Below are positions 52,041 through 63,434 of a stretch of DNA of 64,000 bases, piece by piece (position 1 is the first letter of the stretch; each line of letters begins with the position of its first letter). The translations under genes were made by a program, and so were the position numbers. The stretch covers positions 94,116,001 through 94,180,000 of the forward strand of contig OZ286461.1 of assembly GCA_965644265.1 (NCBI GenBank), in the 5' to 3' direction. Under the pieces are notes generated by a model. That model saw only the letters and a list, made by a program, of their open reading frames with translations, ran no database searches and was not told the DNA's origin. The DNA is from Glycera tridactyla. Lineage: Eukaryota.

Positions 52041-52329
52041 CATTGTGAGTTAGCCAATGTATTCAGTAGGTGAGGGTTGAAGTGCTATTTTACCTGTTCT
52101 TTGCTGATACTCATGAGGGTTGCAGAAAAGTGACTCTTTTGGATAGGTTGCTGCCTAGAAGAGATAAATTCTAGTTTGACGATGGCTCCATTGGTCATGT
52201 TCTCACGAATGCACACTCTTCTGTACAAACATATGGCTTTTATTGCAGGTCCCTCACCAGTCACTTTTTCATTTTCGTGAATTCTGGTCCAACTCTGTCT
52301 GACTAGAATGTTCCCTCTTCTGTTTTCAG

Positions 52330-52405
52330 ACCGGTGATTTGTTACGGCATAAAATCCAACACCGACCAGACAGACAAGCTTTGGTTCAGCAGCATATACT
52401 AGAAG
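52330..52405 (+). CDS. MRTF: MRTF exon D (RPEL2: TGDLLRHKIQHRPDRQALVQQHILE)
   Basis: Acceptor ctcttctgttttcag, donor GTAAAG at 52406; 76 nt, phase 0-1. Confidence 0.94.
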
Positions 52406-52955
52406 GTAAAGTTATATTTTCCTCTCATCTTCAGTCATGTTGAGTTCTGAATCAAATACATATTCTTGATCATGAAAGATTCCCTATGAATTAACAGGGA
52501 TGTATTTCCCAAGAGAAGACTCATAGCTCACTGACCAATCCAAGCAAATGTCACTACAATTTTGCTACTAGCAAACATTTCATATGGTTGCTACATGTTG
52601 CCTAAAGTACCATAGCTTGAAATAGAATGAATAGCCCATGTCCTGTTGGCAAACTGAATCCCAAGTATTTCATTTTGATTTTCTTCTGACAGATGTGGAA
52701 CCCTTTAGCCTCAGGCTAATGGCTGATGCAAAAACAGTATGTTGTATTGTGCTATCATATTTAAATTGTCGTCTCACACACACACACACTGAGGCAGCTG
52801 ATTTCTCACCTAAGAAATATAGACTCTATGAAAGTCTTTCGCCACAATCTCAAGGATATCAGCAATCATGAAAACTTGCATGTTCGGTGTCTCTCATAAC
52901 TTGATTTCACCAATGAATATATTCTTATATATTGCTTGCTTGTTTTTCTCGGCAG

Positions 52956-53117
52956 ACACAAATGTGGATCCATCGTTACAAGACAGGCAGAAGCATCTCA
53001 AGCGAGCTCGACTGCAGGACAGTCTCAGTGATCGCCTCGCCAATCGGCCTGGCCCACTTGAGCTCGTTGAGCGCAAAATTCTGCAAACTGATCCAGAACT
53101 CAAAGATGCCATTGAAG
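52956..53117 (+). CDS. MRTF: MRTF exon E (B2 box KHLKRAR and RPEL3 RPGPLELVERKILQ)
   Basis: Acceptor ttgtttttctcggcag, donor GTGGGT at 53118; 162 nt, phase 1-1; lies inside ORF 52868-53251. Confidence 0.95.
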
Positions 53118-53290
53118 GTGGGTATTATAAGTACAGGTTTAGTATATATTCAAATCCAAGCCTGATTTTCTACATCGCTGATGATGACGCTTCACCTCCA
53201 TCATGCATCAAGCTGTTCTTGTTGATCAGTAATACAGTCATTATCTGTTGAATATTTGAGGTTTTAGATCCTGGGGGATAAAGCACACTA

Positions 53291-53430
53291 CAGTTAGACC
53301 ACACTAAATGTCACCCAAAGGTGTTCTCATAAAAGGTGGTCTCCTGTCAGAGGTATATTCGACTATGTTCAATAGAGAAGCTGGCAGATGGGAGCTGTCT
53401 CCAGTCAGAGGTGACCTTTCCTCACAAGAT
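53291..53430. mobile_element. TA-TSD MITE family B remnant in the exon E-F intron
   Basis: TA|CAGTT... start and GAGGTATATTCGACTATGTTCAATAGAG core. Confidence 0.5.
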
Positions 53431-54272
53431 GGACCCAACTGTCATTTTGATCTCAGTCTTGGCAGTTCTGGGTTTTGCATAGTTCCAAAAGATGAGTGCT
53501 ATGTAGGATTTCAGTTTATTTTGTGAGTCAATCACATCCATGGTCATATTCTCTAGATAAAATATTACATTTGTATTGTCACAAACTTCCTCTATCGGGG
53601 AACATACTCAAACAGCACCTAATGGCGATCCCACCCTTTTCCCTCTACAGATCACCTAATCTCAAAGACCGAATCATCATCTACAAACATGTTTTGAGGC
53701 TGATCCAAGCTCAGCGGTTTATCCAGTTGTGAATCATTCCCTTGATAACTGAGATGTGTTCCCATTTATTGGGGTTCACCAAGCCACTCCTTGTTCATGC
53801 TATCAAAGTCTTGTGCGACAGTGTAGATCATTCCAATAAAGTACTGATTGTCTTCTTGTTGATGAAGGTCGTATTCTATTTATCAAATTCCCACCTCCTC
53901 CCCCCCCCCCCCAAAAAAAAATGATAGAATATAAAGAAAAAAAATTAGATGTCATTTGAGTAAGAATCATGTCAAACTCATGATCATGATTTCTCAATCA
54001 TCCAATAATATCCACAATCATATCTGAGTGAGCTTTCACGGACTGCCATTGCTATGTGACTGGCTTGGTAAACAGATTAGGACTTAAACAATGATGTACT
54101 TGACCAGGACTATGACCATACCATCCATGACTTCCAGTTTCCGTCCCGAGAGGCAGAAGCAAAGTACCTTGATTCTCTTCTATGGTATCAGAGATGCAGC
54201 TCCTGCTCATATGGATAAAACGCTTGTTTTGCTTGTTGTCCCTTTCCTAATTCCTATTATGTTGTTTTGCAG

Positions 54273-56925
54273 AGGGAAAATTATCGTTCACAAAGACGTC
54301 AGAAGTCGAAAGTGCAAAAGTGCACCTGCAGCATTTTGTCTTCGACGATGACAGCAATCCAAGCGATGGTTCACCATCGCCGCTGCAGGGGTCGCTGGCG
54401 ATGCAGTTTGAAGGATTGGAGGGATTTTTACCGATGGCGACATCGACTCCGGGGATACCAGGTGTCAGTGGGCAGGCCCTGACAATATCGAGCATCCCAA
54501 CGGCGCCGGATATCGCACCGCTTCTAGCGAAGATGCAGGCATCTTCCTCCGGTCAGAAGCTGGTGTTCACGTCCAGCATGCCAAACCTTTCCTCTCTGGC
54601 AGCGGCCACTCACAGCACATTCACCACCACTCCCGCCACGGCCTCCGTCACCTCAGTCATGGCACCAACCTTTTCCAAGAGTGCTAACTCATCGTCAGTT
54701 TCCTCATCCTCATCACCATCCTCACAAAATGGCCACAACAGTGGAGGCAAGGTGGCCCGGTTAAAGAAGCCGAAACCTAAAAATGCACCGAAAACCAAAG
54801 TGATTAAATTTCATGAGTATAAGGGCCCACCAAATGTGGTGAAGACTGTACCTGCCGCTCCATCTCCCACTCATGTCATTGAACCACCTCCACTACCAAA
54901 CAGCTGTGATCCTGCATATAACATCCTGTTGCAACAGCAGCAGCTATTCCTCCAATGGCAACTGGAATTCCAGCAGAAAAATTTACCATTCATCGTTCCA
55001 CAGTCAAAGTTATCACCATCTTCTAGTGAGAGTGGACTGTCACAACCAGCCACCACCCCGCCCGCACCTTCAACCACTCCAGCACCTTTAGAAATTCCTG
55101 GTCCGATAATTCTCAGTTCACCTAGTCCTGCCCCCTCAAACAGTTCCCTAACATTGGCACCTTCTCCGCAGCCCCCACCCGTTCCACCCACTCCTCCCCA
55201 ACCACAGAATAATATCCCGCGCCCAGCTAAACTTGAGGACATGAAAGTGGCTGACCTAAAAGCAGAACTGAAAAAGCGCAGTCTGCCTGTCTCGGGTCCA
55301 AAGCCAATGCTGATAGAACGCTTGAAACAATATTCGGACCAAATATTGGCTTCACTCAATAGCCCAGTCAGTAATGCAAGTCAGCGGACAACCAGCAGTG
55401 CTGAGTCAAGTCCCGTCGTATCACAGCCCTCCAAGTTGCAAGCCTATCAGAATATGCAGAATATTATCAACATTCAGCCAGTGACACCACAGAGTGTGAT
55501 AAGTCAGTCCGATGATAATTCCATGGTTTTGGGGTCTCCACCATGCTCACCGAGTAACAGTACTTACACTTCAGACTTGAACCAATCACAGGGATCAATC
55601 ACCTCAGGGCCATTATCGCCTGATATGGACCTTTCTATTGCATCGCCACCAACACTGACGTTGACGCAGCAAGCAGTGATGAAGAATCACTTGAACTTGA
55701 GTACCGGTGGCATCCCCATGTTGATAGACCAACAGATGAGTGCCTCTCGTCCGCCGTCTGTAGCTCCTATGGATCTAGATTTGGAATTGGGTGGCAGTCA
55801 CACAAATCTTGCTGCGGCAGTGGCTGCTGTGTCTAATACCGTCAGTCAAAATCCCTCAGCATCGACTGTTTTCACAGCAGCGACGGTGAAAAGCGAATTG
55901 AGTCCGTTGTCAAACTGTGTTGTGCCGGTTGTGACGACGGTGCCGACGCCGCTCTACGCAGCGAGTACTCCATCACCTGCGAATCAGCTGCTGACGACCC
56001 CCAGCCCAAGCCAGGTGCTGTGCACCACCCCTACACCCCCACCACCCCAACCACTCACCCAACATCAGCAGCCAGCAGTGGCTACCGCTTCTCAACATAC
56101 CATTACAATGGACCAGAATCAGACATTATCACAAGCACTGGCACAGGCGCAGTCTAACGGCCAGCTGCCTCGTGGAATCATCAGTGTGCAATTACCAAAT
56201 GGCCAACAGGTGACACTCGGTCAGCCAGTGCCCCAGCCTGCCATCATAACGCAAGATGATATTTTGCGACAACAGCAACAGCAAATCGAGGAGCTGCGGC
56301 GTCAGTTGCAAGTGTCACAGCTGCAGTTGCAGGAAGCCCAAACAAAGGCACTGCAGCAGCAACAACAGCAGCAACACCAGCAAAGTTTGCAGCAGCTGCA
56401 GCAACAAGCAAGTCAGACACAGCAAACCCAGATCAAAGTATTGCCCAGTCAGACTGCCCAACAGTTGAAGTTCACGATAGCGCAATCCCCAATAACTGCG
56501 ATTGGTACGTCAGCCAGTATTGTTACGCCATCTAGTATTACGGATGCTCCGCACTCTATCTCTATTCCATCGGCTGCACAGCCTACCAACACGATACCGC
56601 AGCCGGTGTTAGCTCAACTTCAATTGGCGCAGGGACAAACGTTTTCAAGCATTCAGGTGGCGCCATCTACCTCTGCGGCCACCACAGTAGCAGACAGTAA
56701 AACAGCGCTCTTGAACCTGTTGCAGGCGCAAACTATTCCACCACAGTTAAATCTAGGGCCAACCAAAGTGATATCATTCACTGCCACGCCGACCACTCAG
56801 TCGCTAGTTTTCACTGCACCTGCTGCCAGTGTCATCACGACAACGGCATCGGCGTCTACGATAATTACGACTACCAAGAAGGCACGGGCCAACACAGTAC
56901 CAGCAAATGCTGTTCACAAGAATAG
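54273..56925 (+). CDS. MRTF: MRTF exon F (2653 nt: B1, Q box, SAP, leucine zipper, Q/T/P-rich region)
   Basis: Acceptor gttgttttgcag ends at 54272; donor GTGAGT starts at 56926 (phase 2); contains the 869-aa ORF 54320-56929. Confidence 0.95.
54749..54832 (+). other. MRTF: B1 basic box (SRF binding/NLS) KVARLKKPKPKNAPKTKVIKFHEYKGPP
   Basis: Matches the myocardin-family basic box (vertebrate KKLKYHQYIPP). Confidence 0.9.
54914..54979 (+). other. MRTF: Q-rich box AYNILLQQQQLFLQWQLEFQQK
   Basis: Matches the conserved YxxxLQQQQLFLQxQ myocardin-family motif. Confidence 0.9.
55232..55336 (+). other. MRTF: SAP domain LEDMKVADLKAELKKRSLPVSGPKPMLIERLKQY
   Basis: Fits the SAP consensus LxxxKVxxLKxxLxxRxLxxSGxKxxLIxRL. 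Confidence 0.95.
56255..56340 (+). other. MRTF: Leucine zipper/coiled coil DDILRQQQQQIEELRRQLQVSQLQLQEAQ
   Basis: Heptad-spaced I/L residues at the expected position downstream of SAP. Confidence 0.75.
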
Positions 56926-58529
56926 GTGAGTCAATTTTCATCCTTTTCACCGCAAGTGTTTCCCACGATACACCATAATTTGAGTGAGTCCCATGTGTGT
57001 TTTGTGTACACCTGAGTTGTTTCTGCTGGTCATTACCCATCTTTGATTATTGTGAAATTTCTTTACACATTATCAGGATGTCAATTCTCACATAGCTCTT
57101 CTGAATTCCCATATACACACATGCTTCAAACCTTTTCATCTTCTTTCTGATTTGTTTAAATATTTTTTCATTTGTTTGATAGATATGGTGGAGCATGTGA
57201 ATTAAATAGTAATATCCTCTCTCCAGGAAGAAGAATCAGATATCACCATCAAGAACTCTTCGTTCATTGTACATTTTCTGACTTTCCACTGGCACTACAC
57301 ATTTCAGCAACTATTGATAAAAGATATGCATTGGGTTTAGCAAAGAACATCATTATGTTGTAGAGGACTTCAGCCTACTAGATTCTCTTTCAGCAAGAAT
57401 GGATACATCCAATAAAACTTGAATTATTTTCATGTATGATTCATGAATTCTAAATGAAAGAGCGATTATCAGACTATGTTTTGTCAACTTGGAGCTCACC
57501 AGAGTGCTTGGGAAATTCCACTGAATCAACAATAGTTATGCTGACAGTCCCCACAAATTCACCACTGGTTGTCGAAAAGTCGTCTTGGAATTTATCAGAC
57601 TGAGGTACACTTTGGCCATTGCGAATCTGAGAGTATGTATTTAGATTCTAGTAATCCTGCAGGTGGATATGCCTGTCAGGTCTGTGAAACTATGCTCTTT
57701 GAATGTCGAAATGATAAGGCATAATTATAGCATCAAGACCTGAGTAGCTTTGGACAGGAGAAAATTGGGAATAATGGGCTACCTGAAAGGCAGATATCAC
57801 TTAATAGGTTTTTTTCTTCTTTGGAGGAAAAAATGAGTATAGCTCAAAGGTCAAACATAAATACAGCTTCCAAGAAATTCATCTTGGCTCTATTCTTCAC
57901 TGAAGCCCAGTCTTTCCAAGATATTATTTTTTTTCTCAGTCAGTGGTTGGTTAGGAAAGGTGATTACTTTGATTCAATTATACGAAGACTTGTGGCAAAC
58001 AAAAAAGATGTTATACTGATGTTAAGTGACGCCCATCAATTAGAAAAAAGGCAGTGGTATGCAATGGATTTTTTAAGGAAAGAGGAATGAATTAGGATGA
58101 GGGATGGTATCTAATAATCGGGAGTAAATTGAGATGAAGTATACATGAGTTTACAATGATTCGAGGAATAGCTCATGCTGGGAGCGGGCTGTCACTTTTT
58201 CATCTGCGCCATGGCACCTTCTGGCATCAGATCAAGGTTCTCATGGAGGCTACCATCTGATGAATGGGGTGATCCAACCAGAAATCATCTGTATGACTGA
58301 CTACCTAATGCAGGGCTCCATGGTAAGGCCTGTAATACTGGCACAGGCTGGCAGAATAACTATATGGGCAGGTGAATTGATCAGTCCACATGTGGCTTCA
58401 AAATTGGTATCATTCCAGTGAATTGCTTATATTTATCAGTGATTGAGAGAAGTGGCTCATCACACAGTATGAATATGATATATTTGAATGTTACTGTTGA
58501 AGAGTAAAAAAGAAGGCTGGAATTCACTG

Positions 58530-59314
58530 GATGCACATGTGAAATGTATCTGAAATGTATAAAATGCTATACTTGCCATTGAACAACCGACATGCTGCAA
58601 ACCTTCTATCCAGGTCAGATGTTTCATGTCATACTACATGACAAACTGCTAACAATGACCTTGAACTTCCACGCCTACGCACTCAATTTGCGTCGGGTAG
58701 CGTGTCGGTGAGAGGAAAAAAATTATGGAACTATCTCCCTTAACATATCAGAAATAGTGTTTCCATAACAATTCTGAAAAAGAAATGTAAATCTCTATTT
58801 GGCATATAATATGGGCAGCATACCACCATGTAAACTGTATATAGAGCTACTGTTATGCTATGATTGAGTATACTGAGGTTATATGATGATGACATGAATA
58901 ATGTCTCTGTGCAAACGGCTCCATTTAACTTGAGTCTGTTGTACTTCAATGAATTCATATTCATGGGAATACATGGGTAGTGGCACATGGTGACAGTGTT
59001 GACTGATGATCATGTTGATTCCCGAATACCTTGTTACTCATAATCTGCAATAGTTTTGACCAGTCTAGCCACTCTTCCTTAATCAATATCTCTCAATCAA
59101 TAGAATCTCTCTAATAATTCAAACAATAGTAATATTCTTAGATTCAATCTGTTACCCTTATGTCTACAGTACTGATTCATAATCTCTGCATTTTGTGTAC
59201 ATTTTCACATTGTATTATGATGTCATGTTTTTTTGTATTTCTTTTGTCCACTGTTGCTTGTAATCCGACCTCGGTCCAAGCTCTTGTGAATAAAGCGTTT
59301 CAATTCAATTCAAT
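58530..59314 (+). mobile_element. 5'-truncated LINE (CR1/L2-like) ORF2 C-terminus, 3' UTR and tail
   Basis: Translates HTT*QTANNDLELPRLRTQFASGSVSVRGKKLWNYLP*HIRNSVSITILKKKCKSLF (KLWNxLP motif); AATAAA at 59289 followed by a (CAATT)3 tail. Confidence 0.8.
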
Positions 59315-59986
59315 CTCTCCCCATCCAGAAACTGGATGACTGGTTAAAGCTGGAATTGTGTTTGGTCCTGCAAAATTTTACGGCTTCTCATATTGAGCCG
59401 GAGAGACACTACCAAAATGTTGGAGGTCTGTTTTGGGCCATGCACCAGTGTGTTCATATACAGTGTGAGTGTTAAGGGTGAGAAAGATTGATTCCAAGTT
59501 TGCCCTATCAGCACTGTGAACCATCATCTTGAAAGGTCATCTTCAGAATCTCCAAGATGTAATCAGCAGCATGGAAATGAATAGATTAAACATGCAACAC
59601 AGAATGAAGATTTGGGCTCCTAGATCACATAATCTTCATGAAATCCTACATATTTGTTTGATTGAGCTTGAGCCAAGTATATCCAGTGTTCTAGTTGTCT
59701 CGAATGACCTCACCAAGTTATGAATGGAAGAGTGATATATTGCTGCATTGGAGGTAGGCGGATGCAGTAATTTAGGGGTTAATTGAGGAAAAAGCAAGAA
59801 ATATGTGCTCAGAGGCAGTGGAGCGTTTGCCAAGTTTTGGCATGCTCCAGACAGGCCCCTCTTTCTCTCACATCAGCATCAGGCTGGCACACCTACAACC
59901 TGTCCTCAATTTTCACAGGAATATTTCAACTGTGAAAACTCAATATGCAAGCTCTAATGGATTGCTTAGTAGGCACATACCTATCC

Positions 59987-59989
<3 letters not shown>

Positions 59990-60043
<54 letters not shown>

Positions 60044-60075
60044 CACGCCCACACACACACACATACACACACACA
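59990..60075. repeat. (CA)n microsatellite (others: (GT)n ~20469-20492, (GTT)n ~28197-28225)
   Basis: Read directly from the sequence. Confidence 0.97.
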
Positions 60076-60314
60076 GTAGACATTTTCATCGCTAAAGTTG
60101 GAAACTTTTTTATTCATCCTTACATTATCCAAACTGTCAAATTCAAATGTGGCGGGTACGTTTCACATGCTGAATTTGCGATTTCTTATCCGATCTGAGA
60201 TTTAATAGCATGAATGTATTGTATATTTCCATCAATTATCAAACCTGGTTTCAGACGGTCTGTATGCTTTTGAAGAGGATACGCCATCATTTCATTGCAT
60301 TTCCGCTGGTATTA

Positions 60315-62456
60315 TTATATGCCATCGGGCGTATTATGTTATGGCGCTGTCCGTCCGTCTGTCCGTCCGGAGGACCATTTCCGGACGATAACTCAAAAAG
60401 GCATAGAGCTATTGATTTGCAACTTGGTATACCTAATCACCTTGGGTCTGGGAAGGAGCTTTTCGATTGTGGGGTTGCAACCTTGATTTTCAAGGTCGCT
60501 GAGTGCAAAAAGGTCAAATTTCTGGTCCGGACCATTTCCGGACGATAACTCGAAAAATTTCAGAGCTATTGATTTGCCACTTTGTATACCTAATCACCTT
60601 GGGTCTGGGAGGAAGCTTTTCGATTTTGGGGTTGCGGCCCTGATTTTCAAGGTCGCTGAGTGCAAAAAGGTCAAATCTCTGGTCCGGACCATTTCGGACG
60701 ATAACTCAAAAAGTTCTAGAGCTATTGATTTGCCACTTAGTATACCTAATCACCTTGGGTCTGGGAGGAAGCCTTCCGATTGTGGGGTTGCGACCTTGAT
60801 TTTTAAGGTCGCTGAGTGCAAAAAGGTCAAATCTCTGGTCCGGACCATTTCCGGACGATAACTCAGAAAGTTTTAGAGCTATTGATATGCCACTTGGTAT
60901 ACCTAATCACCTTGGGTCTGGGAGGAAGCTTTTCGATTTTGGGGTTGCGACCCTGATTTTCAAGGTCGCTGAGTGCAAAAAGGTCAAATCTCTGGTCCGG
61001 ACCATTTCCGGACGATAACTCAAAAAGTTCTAGAGCTATTGATTTGCCACTTAGTATACCTAATCACCTTGGGTCTGGGAGGAAGCCTTTCGATTGTGGG
61101 GTTGCGACCTTGATTTTCAAGGTCGCTGAGTGCAAAAAGGTCAAATCTCTGGTCCGGACCATTTCCGGACGATAACTCAAAAAGTTTTAGAGCTATTGAT
61201 TTGCCACTTTGTATACCTAATCACCTTGGGTCTGGGAGGAAGCTTTTCGATTTTGGGGTTGCGGCCCTGATTTTCAAGGTCGCTGAGTGCAAAAAGGTCA
61301 AATCTCTGGTCCGGACCATTTCGGACGATAACTCAAAAAGTTATAGAGCTATTGATTTGCCACTTAGTATACCTAATCACCTTGGGTCTGGGAGGAAGCC
61401 TTCCGATTGTGGGGTTGCGACCTTGATTTTTAAGGTCGCTGAGTGCAAAAAGGTCAAATCTCTGGTCCGGACCATTTCCGGACGATAACTCAGAAAGTTT
61501 TAGAGCTATTGATTTGCCACTTAGTATACCTAATCACCTTGGGTCTGGGAGGAAGCCTTCCGATTGTGGGGTTGCGACCTTGATTTTCAAGGTCGCTGAG
61601 TGCAAAAAGGTCAAATCTCTGGTCCGGACCATTTCCGGACGATAACTCAAAAAGTTTTAGAGCTATTGATATGCTACTTGGTATACCTAATCACCTTGGA
61701 TCTGGGAGGAAGCCTTTTGATTGTGGGGTTGCGACCTTGATTTTCAAGGTTGCTGAGTGCAAAAAGGTCAAATCTCTGGTCCGGACCATTCCCGGACGAT
61801 AACTCAAAAAGTTTCAGAGCTATTGATTTGCCACTCGGTATACCTGATCACCTTGGGTCTGGGAGAAAGCCTTTCGATTGTGAGGTTGCGACCTTGATTT
61901 TCAAGGTCGCTGAGTGCAAAAAGGTCAAATCTCTGGTCCGGACCATTTCCGGACGATAACTCAAAAAGTTTTAGAGCTATTGATTTGCCACTCGGTATAC
62001 CTGATCACCTTGGGTCTGGGAGGAAGCCTTTCGATTGTGGGGTTGCGACCTTGAATTTCAAGGTCACAAAGTGCAAAAATGTCAAATCGCATATCCAGAC
62101 AATATCTGCATGATAACCTCAAAATAGTTTGAAAGTTATTGATTTCGAACTGTTCATGTATTCACCTGGGTTAGGAAAGAGCCCTATCCATATCAGCCTC
62201 ATAGCTATTGATTTGAAACTTAGTATATCTATTCACCTTGGGTCTAGGAAGATGCCTATTGATTTCGCAGTCGTAACCTTTGATCCCGGTCACCGAGTGC
62301 AAAAAGATAAAATCCTATTGCAGACAATTTCTGGATGAAAACAGTCTGTGTCACTAGTCATGGCAATGAAGGTCAAATCCCATTCCAGATGAAAAAAAGT
62401 CTGCCTCACTAATTGCGGCGATGGCGTATTATGCCCCGCTTTGCGGTGCTCTTGTT
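60315..62456 (+). mobile_element. HINE/DINE-1-like element with 157-bp satellite array (~11 intact units plus degenerate ones)
   Basis: 5' subTIR TATATGCCATCG; (GTCC)n; unit anchor ACCATT at 60374, 60531, 60688, 60844, 61001 ... 61942; 3' CGATGGCGTA, palindrome CCGC-ttt-GCGG and CTTGTT. Confidence 0.88.
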
Positions 62457-63317
62457 GGCAAATATCTGTATGTGAAACAGTGGAGATACGGCTGCCATCC
62501 TTGACATATCAACATATTTTGGTGCTCTGTGGTGAATCATACAGGGGAAACCTCACCGAGATCACATTTCTAGTCACTGGAGATGCCAACAATGTCTGCC
62601 AGCATGTTTCATTTCAATCCAAGAACTGTCCCCGCCGCGATTGAACTTGAGACTTCAGCTTCAAATTCTAGTGAACCTGTGAATAAATCTCCAATTTAAA
62701 AGTTGTGTTTTGTGGGCTTGTGGCCTAGCATTTCCATGTTCTGCCTAACCCATCGGTCCATCTATACACTATTTATTGGGCACTAGTTGAACTGCACATG
62801 GTAGTTTCTACCATTACAAGTGAATAATGGTGAGACAGATGTATGCTTGTAACCAGGCAAATATCCCATATCCTGATCTGTTTGCTTCATACTTTGCAAA
62901 GAAATTCGTCAGCAGTCACTTGCCAACAATGCTGGGGCAAAGACCATTGGCTGTTGCTAGGCAACAAAAGAAAGTGGGAGATTTATGTATTCTTCTCTTG
63001 TAAACACCTTGAAGTGATATGTGCCTCATAGACGTGGCCCACTACTAGCCAGCAGTCTGCATTTTTAGGGCTTGTCATGTTATTGTGCATGATTTGCAGG
63101 GAGCAGCCCCATTTTGCATAGCTACCCTTGTCCTATTCGACCCTGGGTGATGAGGAGGTCATAAAGGTCAAATGACATAAAGGTCATCTTCCATTCTGAT
63201 GTAGGTGTCGTACAATTTTATCAGCTAGTTTACTGGAGTTTGGAGCTCTCAGAAATACATGGGCGGTGAGAAGTCATCATGCCCTCTGTGTCAGCCTGTG
63301 AACATGGGGCAGTCGTG

Positions 63318-63434
63318 CAGTCAAACCTGTCTACAGAGACCATTCTTGCTTGCATCCAAGTGGTCTTTGTCAACATGTGACTCTTGTAAAGAGATTGTTC
63401 ACTGTTGAAAGGTGGTCGCTAGCTGGTTTGACTT
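63318..63434. mobile_element. TA-type MITE remnant
   Basis: CAGTCAAACCTGTCTACAGAGACC...CTGGTTTGACT; TSDs decayed. Confidence 0.5.

Larger units (their letters stand above)
12219..56925 (+). other. MRTF: MRTF/myocardin-family gene, partial (6 exons seen; 5' and 3' exons missing or outside the window)
   Basis: Joining the six exons gives one open frame: ...NKE-SLKRKLMLRRSVTELVDAGIYP-PLKTPPAFAEQRKQLERAK-TGDLLRHKIQHRPDRQALVQQHILE-DTNVDPSLQDRQKHLKRARLQDSLSDRLANRPGPLELVERKILQ..., followed by B1, Q, SAP and LZ. All introns are GT-AG with matching phases (1,1,0,1,1). Confidence 0.96.

Noticed and set aside
54610-55359. Antisense ORFs overlapping MRTF exon F
   Set aside because: Shadow frames of a low-complexity, GC-rich coding exon.
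57183-57363. Frame-compatible terminal exon candidate (acceptor tttgtttgatag; YGGACELNSN...IML*)
   Set aside because: The peptide is unlike an MRTF C-terminus. It cannot be excluded without RNA-seq; a 56925-57183 junction read would revive it.
60210-62338. Repeated ORFs containing IFKVAECKKVKSLVRTISGR
   Set aside because: Translations of the 157-bp satellite; stops occur at varying positions.
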